A DNA stretch of 64,000 bases from Schmidtea nova (GCA_044892505.1 CM097882.1:241118001-241182000); one strand, 5' to 3'. Counted from the stretch's first letter, positions 48,790 to 61,589 are shown. Numbers and translations are program-made. The notes: generated by a model not told the origin, from the letters alone.

Positions 48790-51700
48790 AATGGCTACTA
48801 ATGGTTAAAATAAAATAAATACCAATTGAACGAATGAACGGATGATGTCTAATCTTTCCGGGAATGGTTCACATCCGTTGGCTGTTAGTTTATGGCCTAG
48901 AAAGCGGACACGTGGTTTGAAAAACTGACACTTATTGGGGCTGATCTGTAGGTTGTTCTTTTTCAGGATATCGAATACTTGTTGCAAGTCCTCTGCATGT
49001 GAAATGCTATCGAGAGAGGCGACAATTATGTCATTTAGATAGGCGAACGTGTGACTCAGGTGCCGGAAGGTGGTATCCTTGAAGAGCTGGAGTGTCTGTG
49101 CAGCGTTCCTGAGACCAAACGGCATAAAGAGGTATTCGAATTTTGCCGAAAGAAATCGTGAATGCTGTTTTTGGGATATCGTCTGGGTTAACGGGAAACT
49201 GGTGAAAGGCTTTGGCTAGGTCGATTGTGGAAAAACACGTTACCAGAAAAACGTGAAATTAGGTCCTTGATAAGGGGCATCGGGTAAGCATCGTGTACAG
49301 TAACACGGTTCAGTGAGCGGAAATCGCCACATGGACGGAAGGAGCCGTTTTTCTTTGTTACCATGTGGATTGGAGATGCCCATGGGGAGAAGGTACGTCG
49401 AATAATGTCTTTCTCTTCGAGTTCAGAGAATTCGAGTTCCACGACCTGACGTCTGTTGATTGCAAGTGGCCGAGCGCGACCGTGTTGTGGTTTACAATGA
49501 ACGGTGGTGATGAAATGAACGGATTCTTTGCTAGGGGTGTGTGTGGTGGACTTGGTCAGGAGATTTGGGAAATGTGCGCCGATGACTGACTCTACGTACA
49601 TTATCTGCTGTTAAATAAATTGTAGTATGTTGCGCTTCTATCGTGAAGACTGGTTCAGGGAGCTGATATATTCGTCTGTTCTTACAGTCAATGTTGACTT
49701 CTTCGTTCGTTAGCAAATCGAGGCCTAGTATAGGAAATATGGTATCAGCGATGTAGAAGGAGTGCATGAAATGTTTGGGAAAACCTGGAAGGCGAAACTC
49801 AATTGTTTTTGTACCGGAGAGCAGTATGTGAGTTCCGTTCGCCTCAACAGCTGAGGATGAACAGGGTGTGTCTGCGATGAAAATGGTAGGTAGTATTGAA
49901 TATGACGTGCCTGTCTATGAGGAATTTTAAGGTGCGTAGCTTGGGCTGACCGTATTCTTCAAACATTTTGGCGTTGATCGTGAAGTTTCCGGAAGTGCTG
50001 GGTAAGACTGTAGTGGTTAGGGTTGCATTGTTTATGGTGACGATGGGTGTTGGTAAGAGTGGTGACGGGGGTGTGGTTTGTGGTGGCTGTGGTAAAATGT
50101 GTGTGTAGTCTGTGCGGATTTCGTCGTTGGAAAAGGTGAGCGGTGTTTGTGGTAATGTTAGTGGTATTTTTTATGGTATTACGAATGCTGCTGCTGCTAG
50201 TGATGCGGGTGGTGCCGTGTGTGGTGCACTGGGTGATATTTTTATTTGTATTGTTGGTAATGTTGTGCAAGGTGTGCTAGTTGGTTCTTGTTCTGGTGTT
50301 GAAGCTTGTTTTAATATTGGTGGTGGTGTTGTGTGAGAAAATAGTAATGTGGAGCGGCTAGCGGTTGTTTTTGAGATGGTACTTGCTAGCGCAGTTGATC
50401 GTATGTGCGTTGGACGTGGTTGGATGTGAGAAAGAGAATTCACTGGCAGGAAGTCATCGGAGCTTGCAAAAATATCCGATGACTTGATTAGCTTTTTGCT
50501 GGAAGGTAGTCACTTGTGCGCCATGTGCATTCGTCAAGGCACGATCTGGTATCGTTCTTGAAGAGGTGATGATGGCTACAAACTGGAATAGTTGAACTTT
50601 GATGAGAGCGAATTTCTGACATGCAACTGATGCAGCATTTCTGTGCGTGCTGTCTAAATCTGTTATGATAAAAGCAGTTTAGTGTGGCGTTGTTATTGGA
50701 TTGCATGTTTTGTGTGCGCGTTGTTGGTAGGTGATTGGGATGTTGTGCATTATGTGATGGAGATGTATTGTTGGGATATCTTTTAACTGTCTGAGGGAAA
50801 GGGTGGTGAGGTGGATGCACTGCGTTAACAGTGGGCGGCAGTAGAGGTGCTGCGTAAATATATGAGCGGGGTTTGTGGTTGAAGTGCGTGAATGTGGTCA
50901 GCGATCTTCACGTTATGATATGGATCTTCAGAGTCAACCAATGCCAGCGAAGTTTGTAGATGATAGGGGAGTCCAGAAAGAAATTGATGAGTCAATAGAG
51001 GTATGTTTTTAGAAAGACCGGGTACTGCTGCATTGTTTGAACGAACTAACTCTTCCAAAAAGAGACTAGGTTGTTGGCCAGAATAAATCTGTGGCGCCAA
51101 TAGCTTTTTCAGAGCTTTGGTTTGGGAAGAAGTGTATTTGGTCGTAATTAGATTTTTTAGGCTTTCGTATTGATTTCCTGCGTCAAGAGCATCAGAGATT
51201 TTGGGGCTAGTTCAGATATCAATTTGGCAGGTAAACTGTCGAGGAGGTAATCTGTTATTAAAACGCGTGAGGATATAGGCTGGAAGTATCGGTGTTGTAT
51301 TCGCGAAAGAATCATTATCGCGCGTCAGATTTTGGTTAGGATAATGGGTGCTGTTTGTAGGTAAAGGGTGGAAGAGAGGCGGGATAGAGAATTCGGGAAA
51401 GGTAATTTTAAATAATATAATATTTATTAAACAATATTTATTAAATAATATACATAAAATTATGATAAATATGAATAAAATTTTATTTATAGAAATATAA
51501 TAAATGATACTTATTGCCATATCATTTGGATTGGTGAACCTATTGTCGTTTGGTTGAGATATTTGATGTTGTTGTTGGAGTGAGTGCATAACTTCGGCAG
51601 TTGTCAGAGAGGCTGATAACAATGAGCACATAGTAGCAGCAGAGAATATCGACATTCCTATGGAAGGTTGTCGAAAAATTGTGCATTGTTGGTTCTGACT

Positions 51701-52315
51701 ATGATTGGAATGTGCCACGGCAACTTGGTTTATGATATGGGCTGAAGTGTTATTGCTGCCAACAGAACATGGAGCCGATAATAATTGCGAATGATTCTGA
51801 TTGTCCGATGAAATGAGAGTAAATTGTGGTTGAATAGTATGATGTTGAGGCAAGGACACTCCAGGATTGTGAATAATGCTGTTATAAACGACTGGATTCG
51901 GCTGTGGATGAATCTGATTGACCAAATTATGTTCGTAAGCTACTGAACTGGGAATATAATAGTGAATATATTGAAAATTCGTTAGGCTAGGTTGTCTTAT
52001 TAACTGTTGCTGGGATGTAGAATATAAACCGGATCCAAGAGGCAACGAAACTGTGAATTGTACAATTATTAAGGGTAAACTATCCCCCATTGAAATTGTC
52101 GGTGAAAGCAAAACATTGTCGTTTCTGACACCAATTATCGTGACTGAACAAATAATCATCGATAACAACAAAATTTTATTTGAACGAAAATATATTAGTG
52201 CTGCGTTTTTCTTCTGTTGTTCGAACTCGATCTTGAATTGCATTGCTTTTCGAATTTTCTTACTTTTTGTGAATTCTTAATTGTGCCAGTACTTTACGTG
52301 ATTCAAACAACTCTG

Positions 52316-52320
<5 letters not shown>
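48790..52320 (-). mobile_element. Mag/CsRn1-type gypsy, decayed and 3'-truncated (LTR-like, PBS, gag, PR, RT; no integrase)
   Basis: PBS TGGTGTCAGAA near 52123-52133; gag YESLKNLI..LEKLL..QQPSLFL..FLSGLP and CFYHNRF..AQKC; protease region FIADT..ILGLDLL; RT WASPIHMVTKK..GDFRSLN, MPFGLRNAAQT, AYLNDII. Confidence 0.9.
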
Positions 52321-52387
<67 letters not shown>

Positions 52388-53479
52388 CCTGTTTTTTTTC
52401 ATTCTTTCTTAAGAGGTTCGTGAATCTTCTTATTAGTGTCAAAAAATAATGTGTTTTCACTGTGACGAAAGCCTCTCTCTATACTTCGTATATTAGGTTT
52501 CTTTGATGCTTAAACGTACATGCTTTTGACATTTTCTTGTTACTTTCTTTCTCAGTGAGCTTCTCCATACAGGCTTTCTGTTAAACTTGATATGATATGT
52601 TCTTTGTGGTTTAGTTTATTTTGTTGTTTTTATTTTGATTGAGTATTCGTGGTAGATCATTGATGCCAATAGTCGTAGGATTCACGTTTAATTATCCACA
52701 ACGACGTAGGAAGTATATTTGGCTGAACGACGTTGTCATATTTTCATTGATTCCAACTAGATTCAGTAAATCCAAGGGTTGAGCCTGGTTTACACTTTTT
52801 GAAAGTATAAAATTATTAATTAATTTTTTAATATTTAACTAATGCTGCTACCAAGAAACCGCATTTTATATTATTAATATTTATAAAATTATTTTAAAAT
52901 ATTTTAATTAGTGAATATCAATTTAATATTTCAATTATGATGAAATTAAAATTAAAGAAAAGTCTCACAATAAAAGTTCAAAATTGGTAAACAAATTTTA
53001 GACTAATTATACCTTTATTTATTATGTAAAATAACTGGTTTCTGTATAATAATGTTTCTTGCTAATTCCTAAAGAGGAAACATAATTTCCTTACTAGACT
53101 CACCATTTGATTTCAATCTCAATCTTATTTAGTATGGTATTAATGTTAATGTATTATAATTGAACATTGTCGTCTGTGAAATTTGAAGATTAAAAATCCA
53201 AATTTCAACAAAATTTGATTTCAAAGTGTAAAAAGATTATTTTCAAAAAATTTAATTTTATAAATAATTATTAATTATTTATTAACAACTATAAATTCTA
53301 GAAACTATAATTTACTTTCCCTAACATTTATATTTTAATATAAAAATGATTAAAATCTTTTTTATTTATCAGTTATATGACTAGAATTTAAAGTCTTTAA
53401 ATTTTTAATTTTCGTCAGTTAATCTTTTTCTAAATTTTAAGTTAGGTTGACAGAATTAGAATTTTCGATTTGTTTAAAT

Positions 53480-53800
53480 ATTTGAAAGTACCTCAAAAAG
53501 ATTTAAGCATACAATCCAATTGCACAGGACATTTTTCACACTCAATTACACAATTTTTACAAAATCTAGAATGTCCGCAAGATAATGACATTATTTGAAT
53601 CTCGTTGGTTCTACATAAACAACAGTTTCTGTACTGCTATGCTCCTTCCATCGCTAGCTTGGTCCATTCTTGATATTTTGTTGTTAATTTATGTTACATT
53701 CGATAGCATTCAAAATTTACCTCTGCACTGTTTACTCGTGCCATTTTTTTTACTTGTACCATTTGTAAAGGGTTTCGGTATCTATTCGCATTTTCCTTTC
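53480..53800 (-). pseudogene. Decayed homologue of the RING accessory gene at 4143-4601
   Basis: IDTETLYKWY..ECYRM*HKLTTKYQEW..QYRNCCLCRTNEIQIMSLSCGHSRFCKNC..CP aligns with VDTATRYQWY..ECHRLEQQLTTKHDEW..QYLTCYICEMNKIQIMLLPCGHFRFCNEC..CP. Confidence 0.85.
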
Positions 53801-54951
53801 CATTAATTTTATCAATTCTCTAGCTTTTACTTTTTGGTTCATGAGTTCGATGTATTCTATCTCTTTTAATTCGATTAGTTTCTCGAAAATAGCTTTTATT
53901 GCTTCACTTTCGGTTTAGAGAAATTCTCTTGATTTGTCTATTTTCCTTTCCTTTTACTAAATGGTTATTATATTTATAACTTCCTTATTTTTCAAGGGTT
54001 TATTTAGATAATATTGCGCCTTTGCGTAGTGATGACTTTTGTTTCTTATTGTTTTGATTTACATTTATTCTTGGTCTTTTTTAAAAATTGCCATCCTGGC
54101 TTTAAAATTAAGTTGTAACCTTCATATTTTTGCAATAAATTCAAATCAATCCCGACTGAGACCCAAAATTTATGTTGGTGCGTTGGTGTCAGAAAATTAA
54201 AGTTTAATCTGTGTCAAAGGCAAACTGTTTACGCACCTTCATAAATTGATTCTTCTTCCGCTCAGGTACCCGCAAAATCAACTAACAAATGTTTTACGTT
54301 GGTGACGTACCAGACGGCGTAGACTAAATGGGCAGGTGAGCAGTCACGGAGGGCACTACTCCCCAACTTCGCCTAATCAGGTTCCTGTGTGAATAAAAGG
54401 TCAACTTTGCTGACTCTGTCAATTGTTATTAATTACTCGAGGGTCATGATTTGTGTCGGGTCGATTGAATTAAAACCACGCGGTTGATAACAGTTTATTG
54501 GTGGAGGTTCTTATTTGGTTTGGTGATCTGGCTCAGACTCGGTTGCTATTTTTCTATCTGAATGTGTGCGCTTTGGTTTTTAATTTATCAGAGTGATTCT
54601 TATGTTGCTCGTGTCTGCGTGCAAGGTGTATTATTTATTTGATAATTTAAACTTGCTTTTTAACGGTTCGTTTACATTTGAAAAAATACCAGTTTGATTA
54701 CGATTGGGGTGTCTCAGACACCCCATTTAATTTTGAGTCATTGGACTTTGTGCGACAACCGGAATCAAAATTTGCTTGGCAATTGATTATCTTCTCATTT
54801 ATTCTCCTAATTTCTGACAATTTTGATGATAGCAAAAACCCTCTTTATATCCAACATACTAAATAAGAGATTGAAACAAACCAGCGTTTTAATTAGTAAA
54901 AGTATGTGAGCATACTATACATAACTAAAAAGTCTATTCAATGCAGTTGGA

Positions 54952-56070
54952 TCATGATATAAGCTTGTGTGAACTGATCGAGTAAACAAATATGCAGCAT
55001 CTGCAGTAACGTTGAGTAGTTTTTTTGTCTGACTGTTGTGGACACACAGCACATCGTTCAGTCAATTTCCGCTTTTGAGCCATTGGTTGAAATATGGTTA
55101 ATGGTACTTTGTACCAGACCAAAGCATTAGATAACGAAACTGATCGAGTCATATTCCATCTTGCATACGCCATCTAACTGCGTCATTCACTTGCCACAGA
55201 TTTGTAATACATCAGTCATATTTTACTGAACATATTAAATTTCTATAAAGGACGAAGCTTACCTCGAGAGAGAAATTGCAGCGTTTTTTATTCGATATAT
55301 CTCCCTGTTCACCATGAACCTTTCGCCGCAAAATATTGGCATTTAATGCTACAACAGCGATGAAATTGCAGAAAAAGGGCTAGAGCTAACGGGTACATTT
55401 TTCTTTTACAACTAAAATCTCAACATGCGATCCATTGTGCCGACTCCTGATTTAGTTGAATTGTATTAACTGATCACTTCTGGGAGCCCATTGGGGTTAT
55501 TAAATGGAGTATATTGCAATGTGGAAAGAAGAAGAGTAGGTTTCTTTCCTTTATCCAGAGATGAAACCAATAATGGATTACCAGATTTGTAGTAGACAGC
55601 TGACCCTTTTCTCGGTTGTGAACACCTTTGGCATTAATCTCGTAAGTAAGAAGGACTCTTCAGAAGTTGCAGGACGGATTTCTCTGTCTAAATATGTTTC
55701 TCAAGGATCACGACCACTTACTTGCATGCCAGGTAAGTGCTGAATTCCTTTCCAAATTTGACCAGAGAATTTTACAATAATTTTATTATCCTCTTCATCC
55801 ACCTCACTTTCACAATTTCCCCGCTGCTGGAAGGGGTTCCATTATCCGACTCATCTTTAATTTCAGTCAGGACATCTTCATTCAATTCATACAATATTCA
55901 TTTTCACTGGAGTCAACATTCGCTTCTTCGTACACAACTGTTTCATTTACAGGAACACCATGTTGTAAAAGATTCTCCAATGGGACCACTTATTCTAAAG
56001 AAATGCAGAAATTCCTTTAATAGCTTGGTTTGCAGCTATAGCAGATTTCCTCTTCTGTTGGCTCATTGTA
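54952..56070 (-). pseudogene. piggyBac transposase remnant with internal deletion
   Basis: KGKKPTLLLST..LPEVIS*YNSTKSGVGTMDRM..SCKRK..FFCNFIAVVALNA and a C-terminal Cys-rich RCAVCPQQSDKKT..CRC. An acidic N-terminal segment is joined directly to the C-terminal part. Confidence 0.8.
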
Positions 56071-56829
56071 TCAAGTAAAAGAAAATAATGAACAGGGATT
56101 AGATAAGTAGCCATTCACTTTATTCTCACACACAAATTCACATTTACACAATTCTTACACAGATGTTGGGTTTGCAGTCGAGCATAATATCATTATCGTT
56201 AATAGAAAAATGTATAAAATTCTGATCAACATTCATATTTTGGCTCCAATGTACTAGATAAGTGGAATTCTAGAGTTTGAAAGTAACCTTTTCACTTGAT
56301 GGTGGTCACCATAAATAGCCGGATCATGAGATTGACAACAACATTTTATCATGCATCGCGGGGAGTAAGTCGTTCTTTTTACCATAATGTGTGAATAAAG
56401 CAAGTCATATCTATTATGACTGTGCCCAATGTATCTTATAAACACACAGTATATCTCATACACATTAGAAAGCCGGGGTGTGTGAGACAACTCAAACGTA
56501 AACTAACTAATATAACCAAATATTTATGAAACCTTGGAATGTAGGCTAATGAAATCAGGGTATATTAAAGTCCATAAAAAATGAAGAAAATTCGAGAAAT
56601 GTCAAATGATTTCATGCTTCAGTTCCAGAAATGAGCAGCTTGCAAAATACATTGGGTGTTTTAAACACTCCAAATATAAACGATATTGATTGTATTTTAG
56701 TGAAATAAAAATTTTGGAATCCCTAATATAATGCTTTCTAAAATAACATGATAATTAGATTATGAATTTGCAGGAATCCGTCTGAAAATAATTCAATAAT
56801 CGGGCTGTATTAATTATTAGGTTTGTCCC

Positions 56830-57537
56830 CAGTGGTGGGATTCAGCCGGTTCGCACCGGTTCGTGCGAACCGTTTCCTAAAGTTTTTTGGGTTCGCAGAA
56901 CCGGCAGTGTTTACCAACAATTTAGCATAAAACAAAAAAGTAAATAATCGCATATGAAATTCAAAAACTATCAAAAAAAATAAAAAATAAACAATTGCAT
57001 AGGAAATTCAAAAATTTTCAAAAAAAAAGTAAACAATCGAATACGAAATTCAAAAAATTTACTGAAGTATGCTTTACCAAAAATTTATGATTTGAATTTA
57101 TGGTTTTAAAAAGTTTTCGTGAGTGTGGTTTAAATTTGTTTTATATTTTTCCAGTTTTCTTTAGGTAGTGTTTGTGACAACAAATTGTATTAAAATTGTA
57201 AGTATATATTAATAAATAGTTATTGTTAAATTGATTTTATGAGAAAACAATTGACGTTAAATTTATGTTAAATTGTGTTAGTTTTACTTAATTATATGTT
57301 AAATTTCTCGGTATTATTTTAGCCATCATGAAGCGCGGTAGACAACCTGTTTTGTCTGATTTTTTTCTAAAGAAGGTGAAGCCTGGTCAAGATATGACGC
57401 CAATAACAAGCGGGGAATTAAGTAATATTATACAAACAGTAGAAGCAGAATCGCAACATTCAGCTAATACTGTGAGTTACAACAATCGGTTCCATCTAAA
57501 GATTTATTTACTAAAAACACAGAGTGATCACTCTTAA
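56830..57537 (+). mobile_element. 5' end of a hAT element (TIR, subterminal palindromes, start of transposase ORF)
   Basis: CAGTGGTGGGATTCAGCCGGTTCGCACCGGTTCGTGCGAACCG; ORF 57328 MKRGRQPVLSDFF.. is interrupted at the LTR at 57540. Confidence 0.6.
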
Positions 57538-57539
57538 CT

Positions 57540-57901
57540 AGTTATGTATATTGCGCAATAACTAACATAGTGATTGAATTACGCAATATACTCTGAACTG
57601 CTTCACATTTTGTCTTTGGCCTTTATTGCAATATCTTACTCTCCCCTTCTTAAGATTGATGCCATCTCTTTAACCATTCGATTCGTCGGTGTCGCGTTGT
57701 ATTTGGATATTGCAATTCAACTTGGTGATCTGACACAAATCTAAGAATTTTATATGGACCATCATATTGAATATCATTTTTGTTTCTTCTATGTGGTTCT
57801 CGTCGTACTAGTACCTCCTCCCCCACTTCAAAATGTCGTTTAATTCTTTTGTCATCCTCGAATTTCCTCATCTTTTGAGCAGCTTGCACAATGTGCTGCA
57901 C
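57540..57901 (-). mobile_element. 3' end of a gypsy (integrase C-terminus, PPT, 101-bp LTR), sister family of 26499-31027
   Basis: HRRNKNDIQYDGPYKI..RIEWLKRWHQS is nearly identical to ORF 29941-30894; PPT GAAGGGGAG; LTR AGTAAG...CATAACT at 57640-57540. Confidence 0.85.
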
Positions 57902-59543
57902 ATTTCTATATCTAAAACTTATACATTGGATGCGCCCAAGTCACCGATTATTGATTTTTTCACATTTTAGCACAGTGAGAATAAAGTTTTTTAAATTTTC
58001 TCAACGTTGTTGGGTAAATCACAATGAGCTGCACATTTTTTGTTTTGGAAACTTTTTCATAGGATGTGCGGAAGGCACCTAAAAACACTTGTGAGTCCCC
58101 CAGCACAGGATGAGTTATCGCGCACCGCCGATTAAAACAAAAAAATTTTTGTTTTAATGGTCGAATATTGATTTTTAAATTTTTTTTTGTTTAAATGAGC
58201 ACAGAAGGAGAAATAATAAAGTTAAGAGAAAACTTCCAAGACAAAAGTTGTAGATCATATCGAGGCGCACATTTTAGCTCAAGAGACTTTTTATTTTTCT
58301 TAACCCTATGTTCCAAAATTGTGTTCCAATGTTTCGTTTAAAGAAATATACGACTTCTAAGCTAGATGTGAGAAAACTTCCAAGACAAAAGTCGTAGACA
58401 ATGACGAGACACATTTTAGATTTGCAAAATACTTTCATTTTGGTCAACCCAATGTATCGAAATCTCGTTCTAAAGTTTCGTTTAAAAATACATGTAAAAC
58501 TCATATTGAATTTAAAGTGCAAATAAAGTGCAAACAAATAATAACGTATAACTTTTTATTAAAAGGTGCTACTATATATTTTCAAGTGCCAATATGTTTT
58601 AAAAAGTTCTGCACATTATTTTAAAGTGCAACTATTGATTTCTAAGTGCTAAAATGTGCAAAATTGTCATTTTTGTGCAGAAATCAGAGTTTTTCATAGG
58701 GTTACTCAGTTTTTTAGGAGACTTTTGTTGCATCAACTTATGAGGGCAGTGTGCCCGGTTATCCCCGTTACATTTTTTGTCTGAAAAATTTAATTTTTTC
58801 TAGATTTTTCAAGATTTTTCTTCAAAAAAAAATTACCATAAAATTTTTCCATGGAAATGAGTTTACGAGTCGATTATCGATCTCCATTAAACTCAAAATT
58901 CCAGGTAAACTACTTGACCAATTTCAGGATGATGCATATCATTAGACTCTAAAACATGTGCCTCATCTTCTGATGTAAAAATATTTTGTAAAAATATCGA
59001 TTATAAATAGTTTGTTTTTCCCAGTGACAGAAACATTATATCAAAATAATGTTTACATCGTTAGACTCATAATCAAATGAGCTTTGAGCTGATATAAAAA
59101 CTTTGCAAAATACTATTGATTTTTATTTTTTCACACACTGCACTTTTTGTTTTTTATAGGTGCTCTAAACTATTTTCGTGAATATTATACATCATTAGAC
59201 TCGTAAATAAATTCTTTACAAGAATGTATATATATTTTTGTGTAAATATTGATTTTTCAGTTTTGCACAATTTTTACTTTGACTTTTTTACAAGTTCTAT
59301 AAATATTTTTCAACATATTTTTACATCATTCAACTCGTAATCGTCTATTCTACAAAGTAATGTCATTACTTTTATGAAACTATTTTTCTTCAAAGTTTTC
59401 AATTTTCATTTACTAATTTTAATTATTTTCAAAATATTTTTACATCAATGTATTCAACAATTAAATAATTTGTAAACATGTATTGAAACAAACACAATAA
59501 TTAGTCAAAACACATGTGATTATAGAGTTCATTAACTAAAATA

Positions 59544-59855
59544 TTAATAGTTTGTTTTCGTTTGTATTCAATGCATTCTTGACAATTGAAAGGACAAACA
59601 AGTGTCTTGAGTATTTTGGCTTGCTTTTTGTATCCATATAACATTAATTTATGATGATATATAATACGTTCGACATTGATTCCAGTGGCTTGATAGATTT
59701 TGGTACTAGCAAGTTCTGGAGCACAATTTAATATTTCATCCTTAATCTCAGGATAAATCTGAGCAATTTTATTAATAAGGACTTCAATCTGAAATGCTAG
59801 ACAAAATTAAAATAATGAAGTAAAATATTTTACCAATATCTGAAACTTGAGACAT
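59544..59855 (-). pseudogene. Small spliced hypothetical Polinton ORF with C-terminal CxxxCxxC; one premature stop
   Basis: ATG at 59855, 37-nt GT-AG intron 59833-59797, giving MSQVSDIAFQIEVLINKIAQIYPEIKDEIL...CPFNCQEC. Confidence 0.45.
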
Positions 59856-59903
59856 TGTAAAAAAAAATGAAAAACGTGAAATATTTCTCTGTATTTATAG
59901 TTT

Positions 59904-60343
59904 TTAGGAACTAATCAAATTCTTTATATCTTGAACAATTTTATTTACCATCCAATCAAAGTTGAGAGTTTTTATACCAAGTATAACTATTTTCCACTGG
60001 AAAATAAATTTATACATAATGGTTTATAATTACAAAGTCTTAAAGCAGGAAATATTTCTGGTTCATATATGCAATTCGCTTTCTTTGATAGATAATGTAA
60101 ATTAATTTTTTCTCCAATATCCACATTAACTGTACATGATTGAAGACGAACATCTTTAATATCATAGTGTATGCTTTCGAGGGGTTTCTTGCAACCCATT
60201 ATCCTACATTTACCAGATTTGAAAAATATAATTGTATATTTTTCATTTTTATCTATAATCTGTTGGGGTTTCAATTTTGGAAATCTCATGTTTTGTACAA
60301 CTTTCATTGGAACTCGTCCTCTATAATTAATATTAACCAACAT
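59904..60343 (-). CDS. Divergent TATA-binding-protein-like gene with one frameshift near 59990
   Basis: TIIFFKSGKCRIMGCK, YEPEIFPAL and CINLFSSGK; adding one A continues IVILGIK...*. This reproduces both TBP repeats (LIFSSGKMVCTGAK; YEPELFPGL; LIFVSGKVVLTGAK). Confidence 0.8.
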
Positions 60344-60499
60344 TTATGAAACTTGTTATTATTTAATTGATATGTTTAAACAAATATTTTATTAATTATG
60401 TTGTTGTTATGCTTTTGGTTTCTATGTCATTTATTAAAAACTAAAGACAATAAATTAAAGACACATCTTTTAAAAATTATAATTATTATAACAATACAA

Positions 60500-61012
60500 C
60501 TAATTATTAACTCTACCGCTTAAGATCTTCCAAACAGGTAAGATGGCAGAGCTTGGAGCTATCTTGTAACCTTGAATACGGACGACCAAGTTCCATTTAT
60601 AGTTTTCTTTGAAATGTATCTGAATATTTCCTTCAAAAAGCTTTGTTGATGGACCACCGATAAATGCACCATCTTCACCTAATAATAGTTCTTTGTTTAT
60701 TCTACTAAATAATGTTCTAATTGCCTCTCGATCTTCTAGCTCAAAATCTTCTATCCAGTAATTGTAGCTAGTCTTCACTAAGGGAACCGGATTTACTAGC
60801 ATAAAATCTATTGGATTTTTATATAAAATCATCTTGAAATCGTGGTAAACATATTCGGGTTTGAAGATTGAAATTTCTTCTTCCTTCTTCAAGGTTTCTT
60901 CATTAAACTTCATCTTTTTCTTCATCGAATGTTCACTTGTTTCCTTCATCATCAGCTGAAATAATGAAAAAATATATTTTGCAAACACATACTTTCTCAA
61001 ATACATACACAT
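60500..61012 (-). CDS. Hypothetical Polinton protein
   Basis: 170-aa ORF (probable start at the MMK near 60955), charged N-terminus and beta-rich C-half; no recognised family. Confidence 0.6.
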   Translation of the reverse strand: MCMYLRKYVFAKYIFSLFQLMMKETSEHSMKKKMKFNEETLKKEEEISIFKPEYVYHDFKMILYKNPIDFMLVNPVPLVKTSYNYWIEDFELEDREAIRTLFSRINKELLLGEDGAFIGGPSTKLFEGNIQIHFKENYKWNLVVRIQGYKIAPSSAILPVWKILSGRVNN

Positions 61013-61128
61013 CTGTATTTTGATTTGGCTATTTTATTCTATCAACCATTCACATGCATGTTAGTATAATACAACATCCAATCAGTATTATACATAAACA
61101 TGTGTGTATTTCATAATATTTTGCATTA

Positions 61129-61581
61129 ATGTCTTTTATGGAAGATTATATAGCAACAATTATTCATGGATTGCTTTTTGGAAGCGAAGATAAAGTAGTT
61201 CAATGTTTGAATTGTATGTTACTTGAAGCTGAGTATCATTCTACTATTGATTTCTCTCCAATATTAAAACCAAGAACAGATATTGAAAAGGAGAAAGCAT
61301 TCAAAAATGTCTTTGACTCATTATTTGAAGATGGTATCCGTTGGTCTAAAGTTATTACAATTTTTTTGTACATTCGAAAAATTCTTATTTTATGTCCAAC
61401 TGAACATCAGAAATATTTGAAATGGTCAGTACAAGAAATTCTCAAAATTTATCCATGGATCAAAGAAAACGGAGACTGGGAATATGTTATTAAATTACAA
61501 TTAAAATATGGTTTTAATTTGATTATTAAATGTTTAAGTATTTGTATTATATATTTAATAAAATTTTATCAACTTTATTAA
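61129..61581 (+). CDS. Bcl-2-family protein (viral-type apoptosis regulator)
   Basis: BH1-like FKNVFDSLFEDGIRWSKVITIF, BH2-like PWIKENGDWE, hydrophobic C-terminal anchor; intact 150-aa ORF. Confidence 0.82.
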   Translation: MSFMEDYIATIIHGLLFGSEDKVVQCLNCMLLEAEYHSTIDFSPILKPRTDIEKEKAFKNVFDSLFEDGIRWSKVITIFLYIRKILILCPTEHQKYLKWSVQEILKIYPWIKENGDWEYVIKLQLKYGFNLIIKCLSICIIYLIKFYQLY

Positions 61582-61589
61582 TAATTTTT

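Larger units (their letters stand above)
31330..52382. repeat. (TA)n microsatellites at about 11143-11166, 31330-31372, 32968-33009, 39518-39568 and 52320-52382
   Basis: Direct reading. Confidence 0.95.

Noticed and set aside
54181-54195. tRNA-Leu PBS (TGGTGTCAGAA) on the + strand
   Set aside because: No gag follows, and it lies inside the conserved box shared with 5132-5170.
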